From Octopus sinensis (lineage: Eukaryota): DNA of 64,000 nt. The stretch spans positions 42,284,001-42,348,000 of the forward strand of contig NC_043009.1 in assembly GCF_006345805.1 (NCBI RefSeq), given 5' to 3'. Positions 38,519-51,579 of the stretch are shown in pieces. Positions within the stretch are counted from its first letter, which is position 1. Each line of letters starts with the position of its first letter. The notes under the pieces are model-generated. The model worked only from the letters and a program-made list of their open reading frames with translations, did not search any database and was not told the origin of the DNA. Position numbers and translations under genes: made by a program.

Positions 38519-39853
38519 GCTAGAGAATCACGCCAACGAACTACCACACCGCATCAAAAAAGAATTTGTGATAGAAGGGGTCAAATTCATCCTGGAAAAT
38601 AACTTCTTCGCCTTCAATGACAACTTCTACCGACAAAAATCGGGGACTGCGATGGGTACACGAATGGCCCCTTCCTTTGCCAACCTAGTCATAGGATACC
38701 TAGAGATTAGTCTGTATCGTAAGGTTCTAGAAAGATATGGCAGCCCTTTCTCCATCTACATAGAAAACAACTGGAAGAGAATATCTAGATGACTGTTTCA
38801 TCCTTTGGCATAAAAATATAAAAAAAACTCATAGAATTCCAGAAAATTTTAAACGGACTGGACGAAACATCCAATTCACGATGGAATATAGCCAACAACA
38901 ACTCCCCTTCCTCGATATCCTCATTAAGAAAGCTAATAATATAATAGAGAAACAGACATATACTATAAGCCTACAGACTCTAAGCAATATCTTCCATTCA
39001 ATTCATGCCACCCCAGACACACCAGGATGAATATCCCCTTCAATCTAGCAAAAAGGATATGCACTATAGTCTCTAACGCAAACACCAGAGACACACGACT
39101 ACAAGAACTAAAAGATACCCTAATCACCAGGAACTATCCACCTTCACTTATTGACAAGTGCATTCAACGTGCCCTTCAACTTAACATCAAGGAACTGAGA
39201 CATCCCAAATCAAAGAAAAACTTACAACCAAAAGCCTTACCATACATCTCCACACACAACCCTCTCAATAACGAAGCCTTCGACACCATCCTCCACAACA
39301 TACCCCTCCTAAAAAAAGACCACAGAATGAAAACAATCCTCCAAACACACACGATCATAAAAAGCAAAAGACAGCCTAGATCCATGAAAAGTCTCCTTAC
39401 ACAAGCCCGAATTCACTCCTTAACACAGAAGCCGACAGTAAAAAAATGTGGAAGACCCAATTGCGGGATATGCGACTATCTAATTGAGGGATCAGAGTTC
39501 TCCTTCAAGCAGGGACAACGGTTTACAGTGAAAAGCAACTTCACATGTGCTTCGGAGAACCTAATTACTCCACTAACCTGCTCCGGGTGTCAAGAGCAGT
39601 ACATAGGCCAAACAAAAATGGTTTGCGTAAACGAATGGCCCTGCACAGATCCCAGATAAAAATCCCCAAAACAGAAAAATAGCTTTTAGCCAACACATAG
39701 ATACTTGCGCCAACAAAAAAACACCAAACTTCAGAATTTTCCCCCTCTCTACCAATTAGGGACGATACAACCTCGAGACAACGAATAAGTAAAGAAAATC
39801 TCTTTATTACAAAATACAAGCCACTTCTAAACGGGTCTACGACAAACAATTAA
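38519..39853 (+). pseudogene. PLE reverse transcriptase + GIY-YIG endonuclease, frameshifted
   Basis: FILENNFF.FND.FYRQKSGTAMGTRMAPSFANL, YLDD, LPFLDI, YYKPTDSKQYL.F.SCHP, CGRPNCGIC, FTC.S.NL...LTC.GC..QYIGQT. Confidence 0.92.
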
Positions 39854-40589
39854 TATACCTCAACTTTAGAATAAAAGAAAAAATATATATTATACACACA
39901 CAAATATTACACTCCATAGAATCCATTACTAATCAGCCCCTTCATAGCTATACTACACCCATTCATATTCCCCCTTCTCTGTTTTTTCTTCTTCTTCTTC
40001 TTCCTCTTCTTCTTCATCATCATCATTATCATCATCATCGTCGTCATCATCATCACCACCATCATCACCACCATCTTCTCCTTCTCCTCCTTTTCTTCTT
40101 CTTCTTCTTCTTCTTCATATCATCATATTCATCATCATCGTCGTCATAATCATCACCACCACCACCATCATCGTCATCTTCTCCTTCTCCTTCTTCTTCT
40201 TCTTCTTCTTCTTCTTCTTTCTTCTTCACTTCTCCACCCCCTACCCCTTAACTTTGTCACTAATGTTTTTTAGTATAACACCTACGCTAATTCTATAAAC
40301 AAGCCTGTCAATATAAATATTTCCTGAATTGAACTGAGACTGCCAGCGCCGCCACTGACCATTCAAAATACGACCATCAGGGCACTCCCAGATTCTCCCA
40401 TCCCCCTTTCCCCACCAGCCTTCTTCCTCTACTACCCTTCCAAGAACTCACAACGACCTCCGACACACAAGTGCAAACAAGGGAGTCAGAGAAAGGCAGA
40501 ATGCCACTTAAATCTGAACACTACTATAGAAATATTCTTTTAAAAAAACTTTTCTTCTAATTTTTCTAAATTTAATTATTTAATCGTTA

Positions 40590-40627
40590 CAGTTGAAAAG
40601 GTCTCAAAATGACCGAACCCGGTACTG
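40590..40627 (+). ncRNA. Minimal hammerhead of the PLE pLTR (U3-A8 variant); mirror copy at 38339-38375 (-)
   Basis: cag-TTGAAAA-ggtc tcaaaat gacc-GAA(C/A)-ccgg-TA-ctg. The right copy reads GAAC; the left copy reads GAAA but lacks one core A. Confidence 0.7.
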
Positions 40628-41086
40628 AAATGTTCACTATAAAATTATTTTAGCATTTTCTATTTTTGACTTGTTTTCACGATATATCAACTCGTGTGTT
40701 CCTTTTCACCCTTATACATATATATATTATATATATATATATGCATATATGAGTACAGGACGTCACTAAACGTAAACAGTATGAAATACGAAGTCAAACT
40801 TGGGTATTCGAATAACGAGAGAAACAAATCGAAAACAAGACAGGTAACATGAAGAATGACCCTTTATCAGTTGTTGCTGTTCATCTACTCCACATTTCGA
40901 GCAATTAACGACAATATGAGGCTTCGATAAACAGTTGCCCCCGCGAACCAAAATAAGATTTGGGATTTTTGCGGAGGGTCAAAGCTGGTAACAAAAAACG
41001 GGACAGTGGAGACTTAATAGAGATGATTTTATTTCATATGTAAATATATATATATACGCTCACACACATCTACATATACACATACA

Positions 41087-41760
41087 CTGTGTGGTACGAA
41101 GCTTGCTTCTCAACCTCATGGTTCTTGGTTCAATCCCAGTGCCTGACACCTTAGTCAAGTGTCTTCTGCTATAGCCTCTGGCCGACCAAACCCTTGTGAG
41201 TGTATTTGGTAGACGGAAACTGAAAGAAGCCCGTCGTTTATATGTGCTTGTGTGTATGTATGAGTGTGTGTGTGTGTGTGTTGTGTGTGTGTGTGTATTT
41301 GTGTGTTTCTGTTTGCCCCCACCATCGCTTGACAACCAGTGTTGGTGTGTTTACGTCTCTGTAACTAGACGGTTCGGCAAAACACACCGATGAAATAAGT
41401 ACTAGGCTTACAAAGAATAAGTTCTAGGGTCGATTTGTTCGACTAAAGGCGGTGCTGCAGCATGGTCGCAGTTAAATGACTGAAACAAATAAAAGAATAA
41501 AAGAGGGTGTGTGTGTGTGTGCGTGTGTAAGTGTTCTATCAGTATTTTTGCCGAACCGCTAACATACAAGGATGTAAACACACCAACACCGGTTGCCAAG
41601 CGATAGATGGTGGGGACAAACGAAGACAAAAACACACACAGATATATACATATATATAGGACGGGCTTCTTTCAGTTACTGTCTACCAAATCCACTCACA
41701 AGACTTTGGCCGGCCCGAGGCTATAGTAAAATATACTTGCTTAGGGTGCCATACAGTGGC
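41087..41760. mobile_element. Tail-to-tail inverted SINE-A pair (41087-41503 +, 41530-41760 -)
   Basis: Family motifs in opposite orientation, about 30 bp apart. Confidence 0.8.
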
Positions 41761-41918
41761 AATAACATAGACCAACTGCATAAACTAAGAGAAAACCCGT
41801 TGGAGGACTGGTGTTGAATAAGTACATATATAGATATCGTGGTAGCATTTCGGGAGCATGGAACACAACTGACCTGTCAATTTATTGAGAGTTTTTGTGT
41901 TTTGTTCTGTGTGTGTGT

Positions 41919-41972
<54 letters not shown>

Positions 41973-42930
41973 GCGACGACAGTGTTCATAATGGCAATCG
42001 TGTTTATTATAAAGCACTTAAGTTGCTGAAAATGGCGTGATTTCATATGAATTTATAATTATCTAGGAAACAGAACCTCGATAGAATATTTATATACACA
42101 CACATATATACATCTATATATGTGTATATATACACATATATATACAATATATATATACTTATATATAGATATATATATATATACATATATATATACATAT
42201 ACATATACATATATATACGTATATGTATATATGTATATATATATATATATATATACATATATATATACATGTAACGTGGAAGAGAAAAAAATCAAATAAT
42301 GGCCGTGCTGAGTATCGTTTCTAATTTTTTTCTAGCGTCCTGAATACCATTTCATTTAAATACAATTTTAATGCACCCTGTTGCTTTTTAAAATAATTGA
42401 CTAGGCATAAAATACTATATATTAGAGGAAAAAAAAGAAAAACAAACCTCCTCGACTCGATGCCAATTTCGAGTTAATTAACTGAAGTTTGAAATCGCAG
42501 CGAGGAACAGGGCCTGTCCGAATTTTCAATACTACTTCGTGACGCTCTTCATGCATTTGGTTTGGAGAGTGACAACAACACTGCCTCTATAATGATATCG
42601 ACCATCAGGCAAAGCTATGCACTGGGACTCTGCGAAAACAACTACAGCAAGCATATATTAGCGCTCGGTTTTTTTTTTATGCTTTAAAATAGCACTCATC
42701 GTGAAAGACATAGATTAAGAGTAAAAACCTTTGGAGAGAGAGATGTTATTTCAGTCCCTAGTTAGAACTGTTTTCACTTCATTTGCCATTTCCCCTTACT
42801 TGCCATTTCTCTCTTCTCAAATAGCATAGATCTATTAATTCAAAAAAGCAGATTTTGAAAGACAAATATAGTAACTTTATTCGAAAGGCTGCTTCCTCAT
42901 TTTTGTTCTATGCTACACTACATTCCAGTC

Positions 42931-43350
42931 TGTTCTTGGACTACATATTGTTCAATTCTTGGATTACATGGTGGTCCGCTTTGGATGATTTAGGGACTAT
43001 TCATCTATCAGGACATTCCTGGACGATATATTACTCCGTTCTTAGACAGTTCATAGATTACATATCAGTCCGTCCTTAGATGATCCAAGGACTACATATC
43101 GGTCAGCTCTTGGATGAGTCTTGGACTGCATATGAGTCAGTTCTTGGACATTTTTAAGATTACATGTTGGTATGTTCTTCGTTCATAGACAACATATGGC
43201 ATGTTTTTGGAGATTTCTTGGACTACATATTGCACAGCATTTGGTTAGTTCTTGAACTACTCATCGGTCCATTCTTTGATAGTTTTTGAACTACATAGTG
43301 ATCCGTTCTTGGCTGGTCCTTTGACAATATATCGGCTCGTTCTTATACAG
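42931..43350. repeat. Degenerate ~34-bp minisatellite, about 12 units
   Basis: Approximate consensus gttcttggactacatatcggtccgttcttggaca. Confidence 0.75.
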
Positions 43351-44162
43351 TTTTATCATATCAGTTTTTTTCCAAAAAGTTACCAACTCTTACCTTAAAC
43401 TTTGTCAATTCTTTGAGAAATGGTCACTGCGAGTGGTCTCTCACGCAGAACCTCTTAGAAAAATTTTGCAAAACGAAACAAAACCTGCTTCCTAGTCATC
43501 GGGGACAAACCCACTAGCACCTGAAAGGTATCTGAGTTTTCTTTATATTTTACGGTGAAGCCCGTCAGAATTTCATGGAACATTCTTCGGCACTGCATAC
43601 CCTGAACCGATGTACCAGCTGAACGCTCCATCTTACAGGCTCTACTATTATAACCCCTCGCCAAGCGTTATGATAAAGAATCGAAGGAATTGACTGGTGC
43701 TTTATTTATCAACCCCAAAAGGATCAACAACAAAATCGGCTTCAACGATATTTGAACGCAGAGCAGTGTATACAACAGAGGCAAATTCATTCTATTCAGT
43801 ACTGTAGCAACTCTGATAATTCCCTGCTTTATTTGAAAATCCACATCTATATCTGAAGAAAGTATAAATCTAAATGAAATTTCTGGTCAATCTCTTTTGG
43901 TATATGACCGATTGATATGCTGTTTATTTATTTATATTAGCTGATCTGTAATACTTGTTAATGTTGTTGCTATTTATCTCCAGGTTAGCACTGGCAGAGT
44001 AGACCCCTAGTCAAACACAGTCCACTCTTGACCATCCATTCTATTGTATGTCACTGTCAGTAACAGAAACAATTTGTAGAAAAAAGTTCAGGGTACTTTA
44101 AAGCTGTTTCCCTCGCTCCTAAAACCCAAAGTTAGAAAAGTGTGTGAACTAGAAACCATTAA

Positions 44163-44810
44163 GAAGAACAACAAACTTCCTGTGAGCGATGAAAAGTGGA
44201 ACGGCTATTGGGAGATGACTGAGACTTATCAGGGTTCCAGAGACTCTTTCCCATCCCAGTTATGAAAACAAACGGACATTTTAATGTGGTGTGAAAGAAA
44301 GAAAGTTGTAAATCTAGTTGAGTTAATGGTTCCCCATGAAGATAACATGGATGCCACACGGGTTCGAAAGATTGACCCTTATGCAAACCTCCTCGAGGAA
44401 TGTGAAGACACAAGAGGGAAAGCGGAGATTTTCCAATCGAAGTCGGATGTAGGGAGTTTGTTGGACACAGTGTGAGACGACTGTTGTTATCGTTAGACCT
44501 AACTCATCGTAAAGGTAATACCACCATGACCGATATCCAAACTACAGTGGATATGGCTAGACACTGGATTTGGTTAAAAGAAGACGATGAACGGTGGCTA
44601 GAAGTATATTGAGCTGTATTTAATAATCAGTTGATCTAGCCAGCGGGATCTCATATCAGTGAGGGGGCCTGTGCGCATTGATGCCGTCGAGAGGTAGGCT
44701 CCGAAACGGCGCGCATTTTCTCCTGATGTCCCCATACACATACTGGCATCCAGTATGCGGCGTTCTAGACTGGTAGCATTTGCATGTGCAAGTTGTTTGC
44801 ACAACGTCAG
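44163..44810 (+). mobile_element. HERO-type (RLE) non-LTR retrotransposon 3' fragment
   Basis: DILMWCERKKVVNLVELMVPHEDNM...RK...Y..L.EEC, then (frameshift) IEVGCREFVGHSV...HWIWLK...W, then a ~200-bp 3' UTR. Confidence 0.78.
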
Positions 44811-45240
44811 TTTGTAGAAAAAGAGCAGAGTACTTTAAAGCTCCTAAAACGCAAGGTTAGAAAAGTGTGTGAACCAGAAAACATTAACTTTCGTGAATAG
44901 GATAACGCTGTGCCTTACATAAGATATTAGGGTATTATTTGAGAGGATATGGTTGCTATTCCTGGGTAGAAGAACTACAGTGTATATATATATATATATA
45001 TTTTATATTATATATATATATTTGCACATATATATAAATATTACACACATACACATGTGTATGCATGTATACGCACACACACATATATATATATATGTAT
45101 AATATACACATGTATCATCTATCTATCTATCTATATATATTATATATATATATATATATACATATATTATATATATATTATATATATATATATATATTAT
45201 TATATATATATATTATATATATACATATATATTATATATA

Positions 45241-45442
45241 ATTCTTTCATTCTTTTACTTGTTTCAGTCACTAGACTGCGGCCATGCTGGGGCATTGCCT
45301 GAAGAATTTTAGTTGCATAAATCGACTCCAGTACTTTTATATTTTTTAAGTTTGGTACTTATTCTATCGGTCTGTTTAGCCGAACCGCTACATTACGGAG
45401 ATATAAACACACCAACACCGGTTCTCATGCAGTGGTTGGAAA

Positions 45443-45521
<79 letters not shown>

Positions 45522-45683
45522 ATATACACGACGGGCTTCTTTCAGTTTCCATCTACCAAATGCACTCACAAGGCTTTAGTCGTCCCGAGGCTATAGTAGA
45601 AAACACATGCTTATGCTTCCACGTAGTGGGACTGAACCAGGAAACACACATTCTTCTTTCCACACAGCCACGCCTGCGCCTAT
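45241..45683 (-). mobile_element. SINE-A
   Basis: Family motifs present. Confidence 0.8.
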
Positions 45684-47542
45684 ATACATATAATCAGCGT
45701 AATGTTAAGAATTTGCCATTAATTCCTGAAGTTTTTAATTGAATACAAAGAACTGCAAAAGTTTAGGTACCAAATACAAGCTCAGGAATCAATTGTGATT
45801 TTCGAGAACATTTGTAAACGGTATACTTAAAACCCAGTTCAAATGTCGTGAAATGAGTGAAAAACAATTATAAAATTACAAATATTTCTAAGTATACTTC
45901 AAGAATAATTACAATACTTGGAACTTGAGATCTTGAAATTAAGTGGATTATAAGCATCAGGGAGTAATTCAGAAATAACAAAACATACTGAGACGTGGTT
46001 CCGCCAAATACTTTAGGAGCAACGGGAGGTAAACAGGCGCCAATATACATGTTTGTACAACAACATACACTGTACGCGGTACTCCCTGCTAACCTACTGC
46101 TGGTTGATTCTTCACGCTTTTCTCTACGAAATGCTAGAATGGAATATTTGCAACATAAATGTTGTAGATGTGAATGATGGCTACAAGTGCTACCGAAAAA
46201 CATCACCAAAGCGTAGAAAATAGTATTTTGTCTAACTCTATATGTACTAATGTATTAAACACTTTGGAAATTATTAAAGGATTTTTAATGTGTATGCAAA
46301 AGTTGAATGGTGCTAGCTGTAATATTTTGCCGCAGAGAAACTTCTAAAAGACACCTGTATGCTAAAGAAACTTAATTTACTTAGAATATCATCGGCGGAT
46401 CGTCAGACACCGGTGTCTCAACTTGTTTTAGTCCCCTCAGTGACAAATACCAGCAGCCACTCTGCACAAATCTAAAATTTTTCATTCCGACGCAGAAATC
46501 ATGAAACAAAGTAAATATTGATTTCTGCGAAAGCTAGTCGAGCTAAAACTAAAAGTCTCGTAGCTTTAGGTCTGAAGCAACAACATTATAAGTTTCACTG
46601 TAGCATTGCCATAAAACACGCTCACCACGCACAGACACGCACACACACACACACACAAGCAAACACACACCACACACAACACATACAAAATTTAAATGGA
46701 TAACACTGTCCAAAACATGAATTGTATTGAGTACTTGTTTCCTCTTCGGTTAATAAATTAGATCATTTGCATACATATGCATATACAGTCCCTCACTCAC
46801 ACGTACGCTGATACATACATACGCGTGTGTGCGTGTGTGTGTGCATACATGTATGCGTGTGTGCACGATTGTGTATGTGCCTGCTTGTGCGTAAAATATC
46901 ATACCTTATGGCCTTCAGCACTCTTTTAATTATGCTCACACAAGAGATATAATTGAACACTTCATGCAAACAACATCTTACTCAAATACGAACTAGTTTT
47001 AAAAGATATAGATGTTCCTACACTCTGTATATATAATAGTATTTAGACGTTCAAACAAGACACAGATAGAGGGAGAAATTTAGTTATATTATACTCACGC
47101 ATTCATATATTTACTTGTACAAACATATTTACAAATACGCATTAGAATTCTTTTTGAAGAAACTTCTACAATCACATGCATATTTATGTGCACGTGGTGT
47201 CCTGTGGGATTAAATGTGATTTTTCGTCTAAAATTACTGATTTCGCTTCGTATCGTTTGATTTTTGTATGTTTTTGCATTTTGGATTTTGTTTTTTGTTT
47301 GTTGTTGTTTTTTTTCTTTCATAACTATTAAGGTATCGTCTTTAATTTACCTTCTTAACAAAACTGGATATCATTATTTTATTCCTCCTCCTATGTCATA
47401 CGGGAACTGCAATGTTGGGAGGGGGATAGGTTAGAGAAGGTGTAATGAGAGTGAGAGAAAAGATACAGAGAGAGAGAGAGAGGGGGAAGAGAGGCAGGGA
47501 GAAAAGAGATGGGTAGAAACAGGGCAAGTGTACGTGTGTGTG

Positions 47543-47583
<41 letters not shown>

Positions 47584-48038
47584 TCGTGTTCTGTTTCCTA
47601 AGTTATGTATCAATTTTATTCAGGCAATACATGCGTTTAAAAATATTTTTTATTAAATAAATTGTTTCAGGTTAAGAAACACACACGTATACACATACAC
47701 ACACACGCATATATACATACACGAACGCACGCACTTATACACTTAAACACGCATAAACTCACACGCACGTCCACATATGCCTACGTATATTTGCATGGTT
47801 AGCATATACATATATGTATATATATATATACACACACCCACATACATATTTACATGCATATATATATGTATGTATATACACACACATACACACATATATA
47901 TACATATATATGTATAGATAGATATGTATATATATGTATATATATATATACACACATATATAATGTTCGTTCACATCTATGAATACAGATACATATGTAT
48001 GTATATGTGTGTGTATGTATATATGTATGTGTGTGTGT

Positions 48039-48093
<55 letters not shown>

Positions 48094-48824
48094 ATATACA
48101 TATTTATATGTGTAGTGAAAACGCTTTTCTCCAGTATATATATATACAACACACACACACCACATATGTATGTATATATTTGTGATTTGTGTGTATGCAT
48201 GTATGTATCTATGCATTTCAACATGCATGTGGTTTGTGTGCAAGTATATGCAAGTATTTGTGTGTGTGGTGTGTGTGTGTGTGGTGTTTGTTTGTGTGTG
48301 TGTGTGTGTGTTGTGTGTGTGTGTGTGTGTTTGTGCAACATATTTCTGAAGAAATTTTAAGGAAAGATTTGCGAGAAAGACCGTTTCTTTTCTTTATATT
48401 TTTGTCTCTTTCCTTCACATTCACTGAAATATTTTTAAAACATTAGATATATTCTTTAAATTCAATTCTCCTTTTTTTTTTTTTTTTTTTTGCTTTATTT
48501 GTGAAAGAAGAAAAATAGATATTTACTTATTTATTTTCCAATAATAATTCTCAAACCGATAGACCTTTCAACCAATATCATATTACGACTGTTTTTAGTA
48601 CAGTAGTTGTAGCTATCCTAGTTGTTGTTGTGTCGTTAATATTGATGTAGTCCTTGCTGTTACTTCTGCAGTTGTTGGTGTTGTTGTTCTTGTTGTTCTT
48701 GTTCTTAATATTGCTGCTGACGTTGTTGTTGTTACTGTTGCTGCTGCTGCTGCTGCATTTTACAGATGCTAAAGATGACATCACTATCTTCGTAAAATAC
48801 TTTTTTTAACCTAAATTCTATTAC

Positions 48825-48869
<45 letters not shown>

Positions 48870-48873
48870 CATA

Positions 48874-48947
<74 letters not shown>

Positions 48948-48948
48948 C

Positions 48949-49787
48949 GAGTGAGAGAGCAGTGCATGCAATCAAACTGACACTGGGGTAAAATATACGA
49001 AGCCCAGTATACCCATCATGAATACCCGTCTGATAAGGGTACACCAGGCACATGCATCACAATCATATGTGCACAACATGTTGATCGCATATCAAGATAA
49101 ACAGCGCTTGATCTTGCAGGTGGGGCCCAGTTAGAATATTTTTCATGTCGAGTAGCCCATCCCGCTCAAAAAGTCCCTGAATAAGGGTTTTTTTTAAGGA
49201 TGTTGAACAAAACACCCATGTTTCCAGAGTTGAATTATTCAAACCCCAAAGAATCCCTCTCAACACATGGCTATGATGCTCCCCCACCACTTCTGCTCGT
49301 GATCAGAGATGCACATATTGTCAACCACTAAGGGACATGCTCAAATACAGTCGAAATTATTATCATCACCATCATTAAAGCTGTTACATGCTACATTAGT
49401 TAGCAGTCGTGTTGTCATGAAGTCTGGTGACAACAAGTCTCCTCAAATCTCAATGAATCTTTCTTGGGAATTCTACAGTATGTAGAATTGAATTTTTCCA
49501 TGTTTCCACAGGTGAATTATTCAAACCCCAAAGAATCCCGATCAACACATGGTTTCATGCTCCCCAACTACTTCTGCTCATGATCAGAGATGCACATATC
49601 GTCAGCCACTAAGGGACAGGCTCAACTGGTTAAGGTTAAACAACTGACAAGCAAATCTGTGGTATTGAACAGAATATTTGCTGTAGTCCATCTTTTATAC
49701 CGAGACAAAAGAATAGACATGATAACATTTCCAGTCAGTTAAGATGAGAAGCCATGAGAATCACTGCCTGGTACTGCATCAAGGTAT

Positions 49788-49788
<1 letters not shown>
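48949..49788 (-). mobile_element. Family E non-coding element between (TTA)n tracts, interrupted at 49345-49497
   Basis: Matches 23570-23997. A further 3'-end fragment lies at ~49887-49965. Confidence 0.75.
49357..49497 (-). mobile_element. Short R4/Dong-type 3' end
   Basis: Minus strand ..ILHTVEF..KIH..tgaggagacttgttgtcaccagact resembles a decayed LLGTARILRK C-terminus and UTR, followed by a (TGA/TAA)-like tail. Confidence 0.45.
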
Positions 49789-49849
<61 letters not shown>

Positions 49850-49965
49850 ATTACCATCATCATCATCATCATCCCTATTATTATTGAATGGGAGGGCAAT
49901 ACATACCATAAAAGTGACACAGGCGTAGAAATATACGAAGCCCAATTTACTCATCGTGACAACCC

Positions 49966-50024
<59 letters not shown>

Positions 50025-50034
50025 TATTACTTTT

Positions 50035-50305
50035 TTTTCTTCTTTCAAATTTGCTTCCATCTCTTGCCGAGTGTCTTCCCGACTCCTAGGGCAAAGAAAC
50101 TCATAGTATACATTGGTAGGCCATTAAACCAACTCAATAGTTCGTGTTCATTTTTTTTTTTTTTAAAGTTAAATTAAATACATGAGCAGCAACAGTTCTC
50201 ACATCGACAATGCTCTTCTCAATAATGTGATGTACCAGTTAAGACAATCTTTTGCACTTCTTGCAGGGATGGTAAGCCAGGGATCATTCTCATATAATTT
50301 CATTA
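50035..50305 (-). mobile_element. R4/Dong-type 3' fragment
   Basis: Minus strand MIPGLPSLQEVQKIVLTGTSH.LRRALSM*, then UTR, then (TAA)n. Confidence 0.75.
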
Positions 50306-50308
50306 TTA

Positions 50309-50346
<38 letters not shown>

Positions 50347-50610
50347 TATTATTATATTATTATTATCATATATATTATATTATCATTATTTGGACTGGAA
50401 TAGTAAATTGGTGGAATCGTTAGCACGCCGGACAAAATGCTTAGCGGTATTCCTTCAGGCCGTATGTTCTGAGCTCAAATTCCACCGAGGTCGACTTTGC
50501 CTTTCATCATTTCGGAGAACGATAAAATAATTACCAATATACACTGGGGATCAATGTAATCGACTGGTCCCCTCTCCCAAAATTTCAGTCCTGTGCCTTT
50601 AGTAGAAAGG

Positions 50611-50702
<92 letters not shown>

Positions 50703-50777
50703 ATTCATCATCATTTATATTATTATTATTATTATTATATTATTATTATATTATTATTATTATTATTATTATATAAC

Positions 50778-51522
50778 TGTTCAACATTTAGTAGTTTGTG
50801 GCAAATTTCTTCTGCATCACCTCCTACACTTCTGTGTTGCTTGGGTGTTTTCTTTTCTGTTGTTGAGAGTACGTAAACTCTTCCCAGTATTGTATTGTGT
50901 TAGCCTTTTTTTCTCATGAAGTATGGCACAGTCTTATGTTATATTACTGCTTCTATTGTGTTGAGTATGTAAGGCGTCAGTTATCTAGTTTGCTGGTGGA
51001 AGTTTATTTCACTGAATAATTACTGTATTGAGTGTGTCTTGTGTATGTGGGTCGTTATGTTTAGGTTGTATTATTGGATTGATGGTGTCTTGCGTAGGAT
51101 GTGGGCTGTTCCTAAAAGGGCTATTTTGGGGATAATGCGTAGTGTTGAGGATCCAAGTATAGCTTCTACGTTTTTGTTCATATGTTCTTTTATCATGCCC
51201 AACGCTCCAATTATTATTGGTATTGTTTTTATCTTCATACCTCACATCTTGAATACTTCAATTTCGAGGTTTTTATACTTCGATAATTTCTCCACTTCTT
51301 TTTTGACAATATTTTGATCAAAAGAGACTGCAATGTCTATCAGTAAGCAAGTGCTTTTTTTCCTAATCCTTGATTATTATTTCTGGGCGATTAGCTTTTT
51401 TTCTTTTTTGACGGTTTGAAACTGCATATTCCAAATAATTGTGGCCTGGCCGTTGTCTTCTTCCTTGTTTGGCACATGTTCATACCACCTATTTTCAGTT
51501 TTAATGTTGTAATGTTGGCATA
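50778..51522 (-). mobile_element. R4/Dong-type 3' fragment
   Basis: QHYNIKTENRWYEHVP...IIWN...IDIAV..DQNIVKKEVEKLSKYKNLEIEV...IPIIIGALGMI...IALLGTAHILRK; ends at (TAA)n. Confidence 0.85.
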
Positions 51523-51579
51523 GATGGTGGACTGGCAGAATTCCTAGCACGCCAGGCAAAATGCTTAGTGCTATTTTAC

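Larger units (their letters stand above)
38288..40715 (+). mobile_element. Young 5'-truncated Penelope-like element with an inverted partial pLTR
   Basis: 38288-38518 is a near-perfect inverted copy of 40447-40677. RT and GIY-YIG coding sequence lies between the arms. (TA)n on both sides. Confidence 0.92.

Noticed and set aside
42931-43350. CRISPR-like periodicity
   Set aside because: Units are contiguous and diverged, with no unique spacers and no cas genes, in a eukaryotic context.
44670-44716. Hammerhead-like string in the HERO 3' UTR (ttgatg...ctccgaaac)
   Set aside because: No CUGANGA and no UH site in register; it folds as a simple hairpin (gccgt/acggc).
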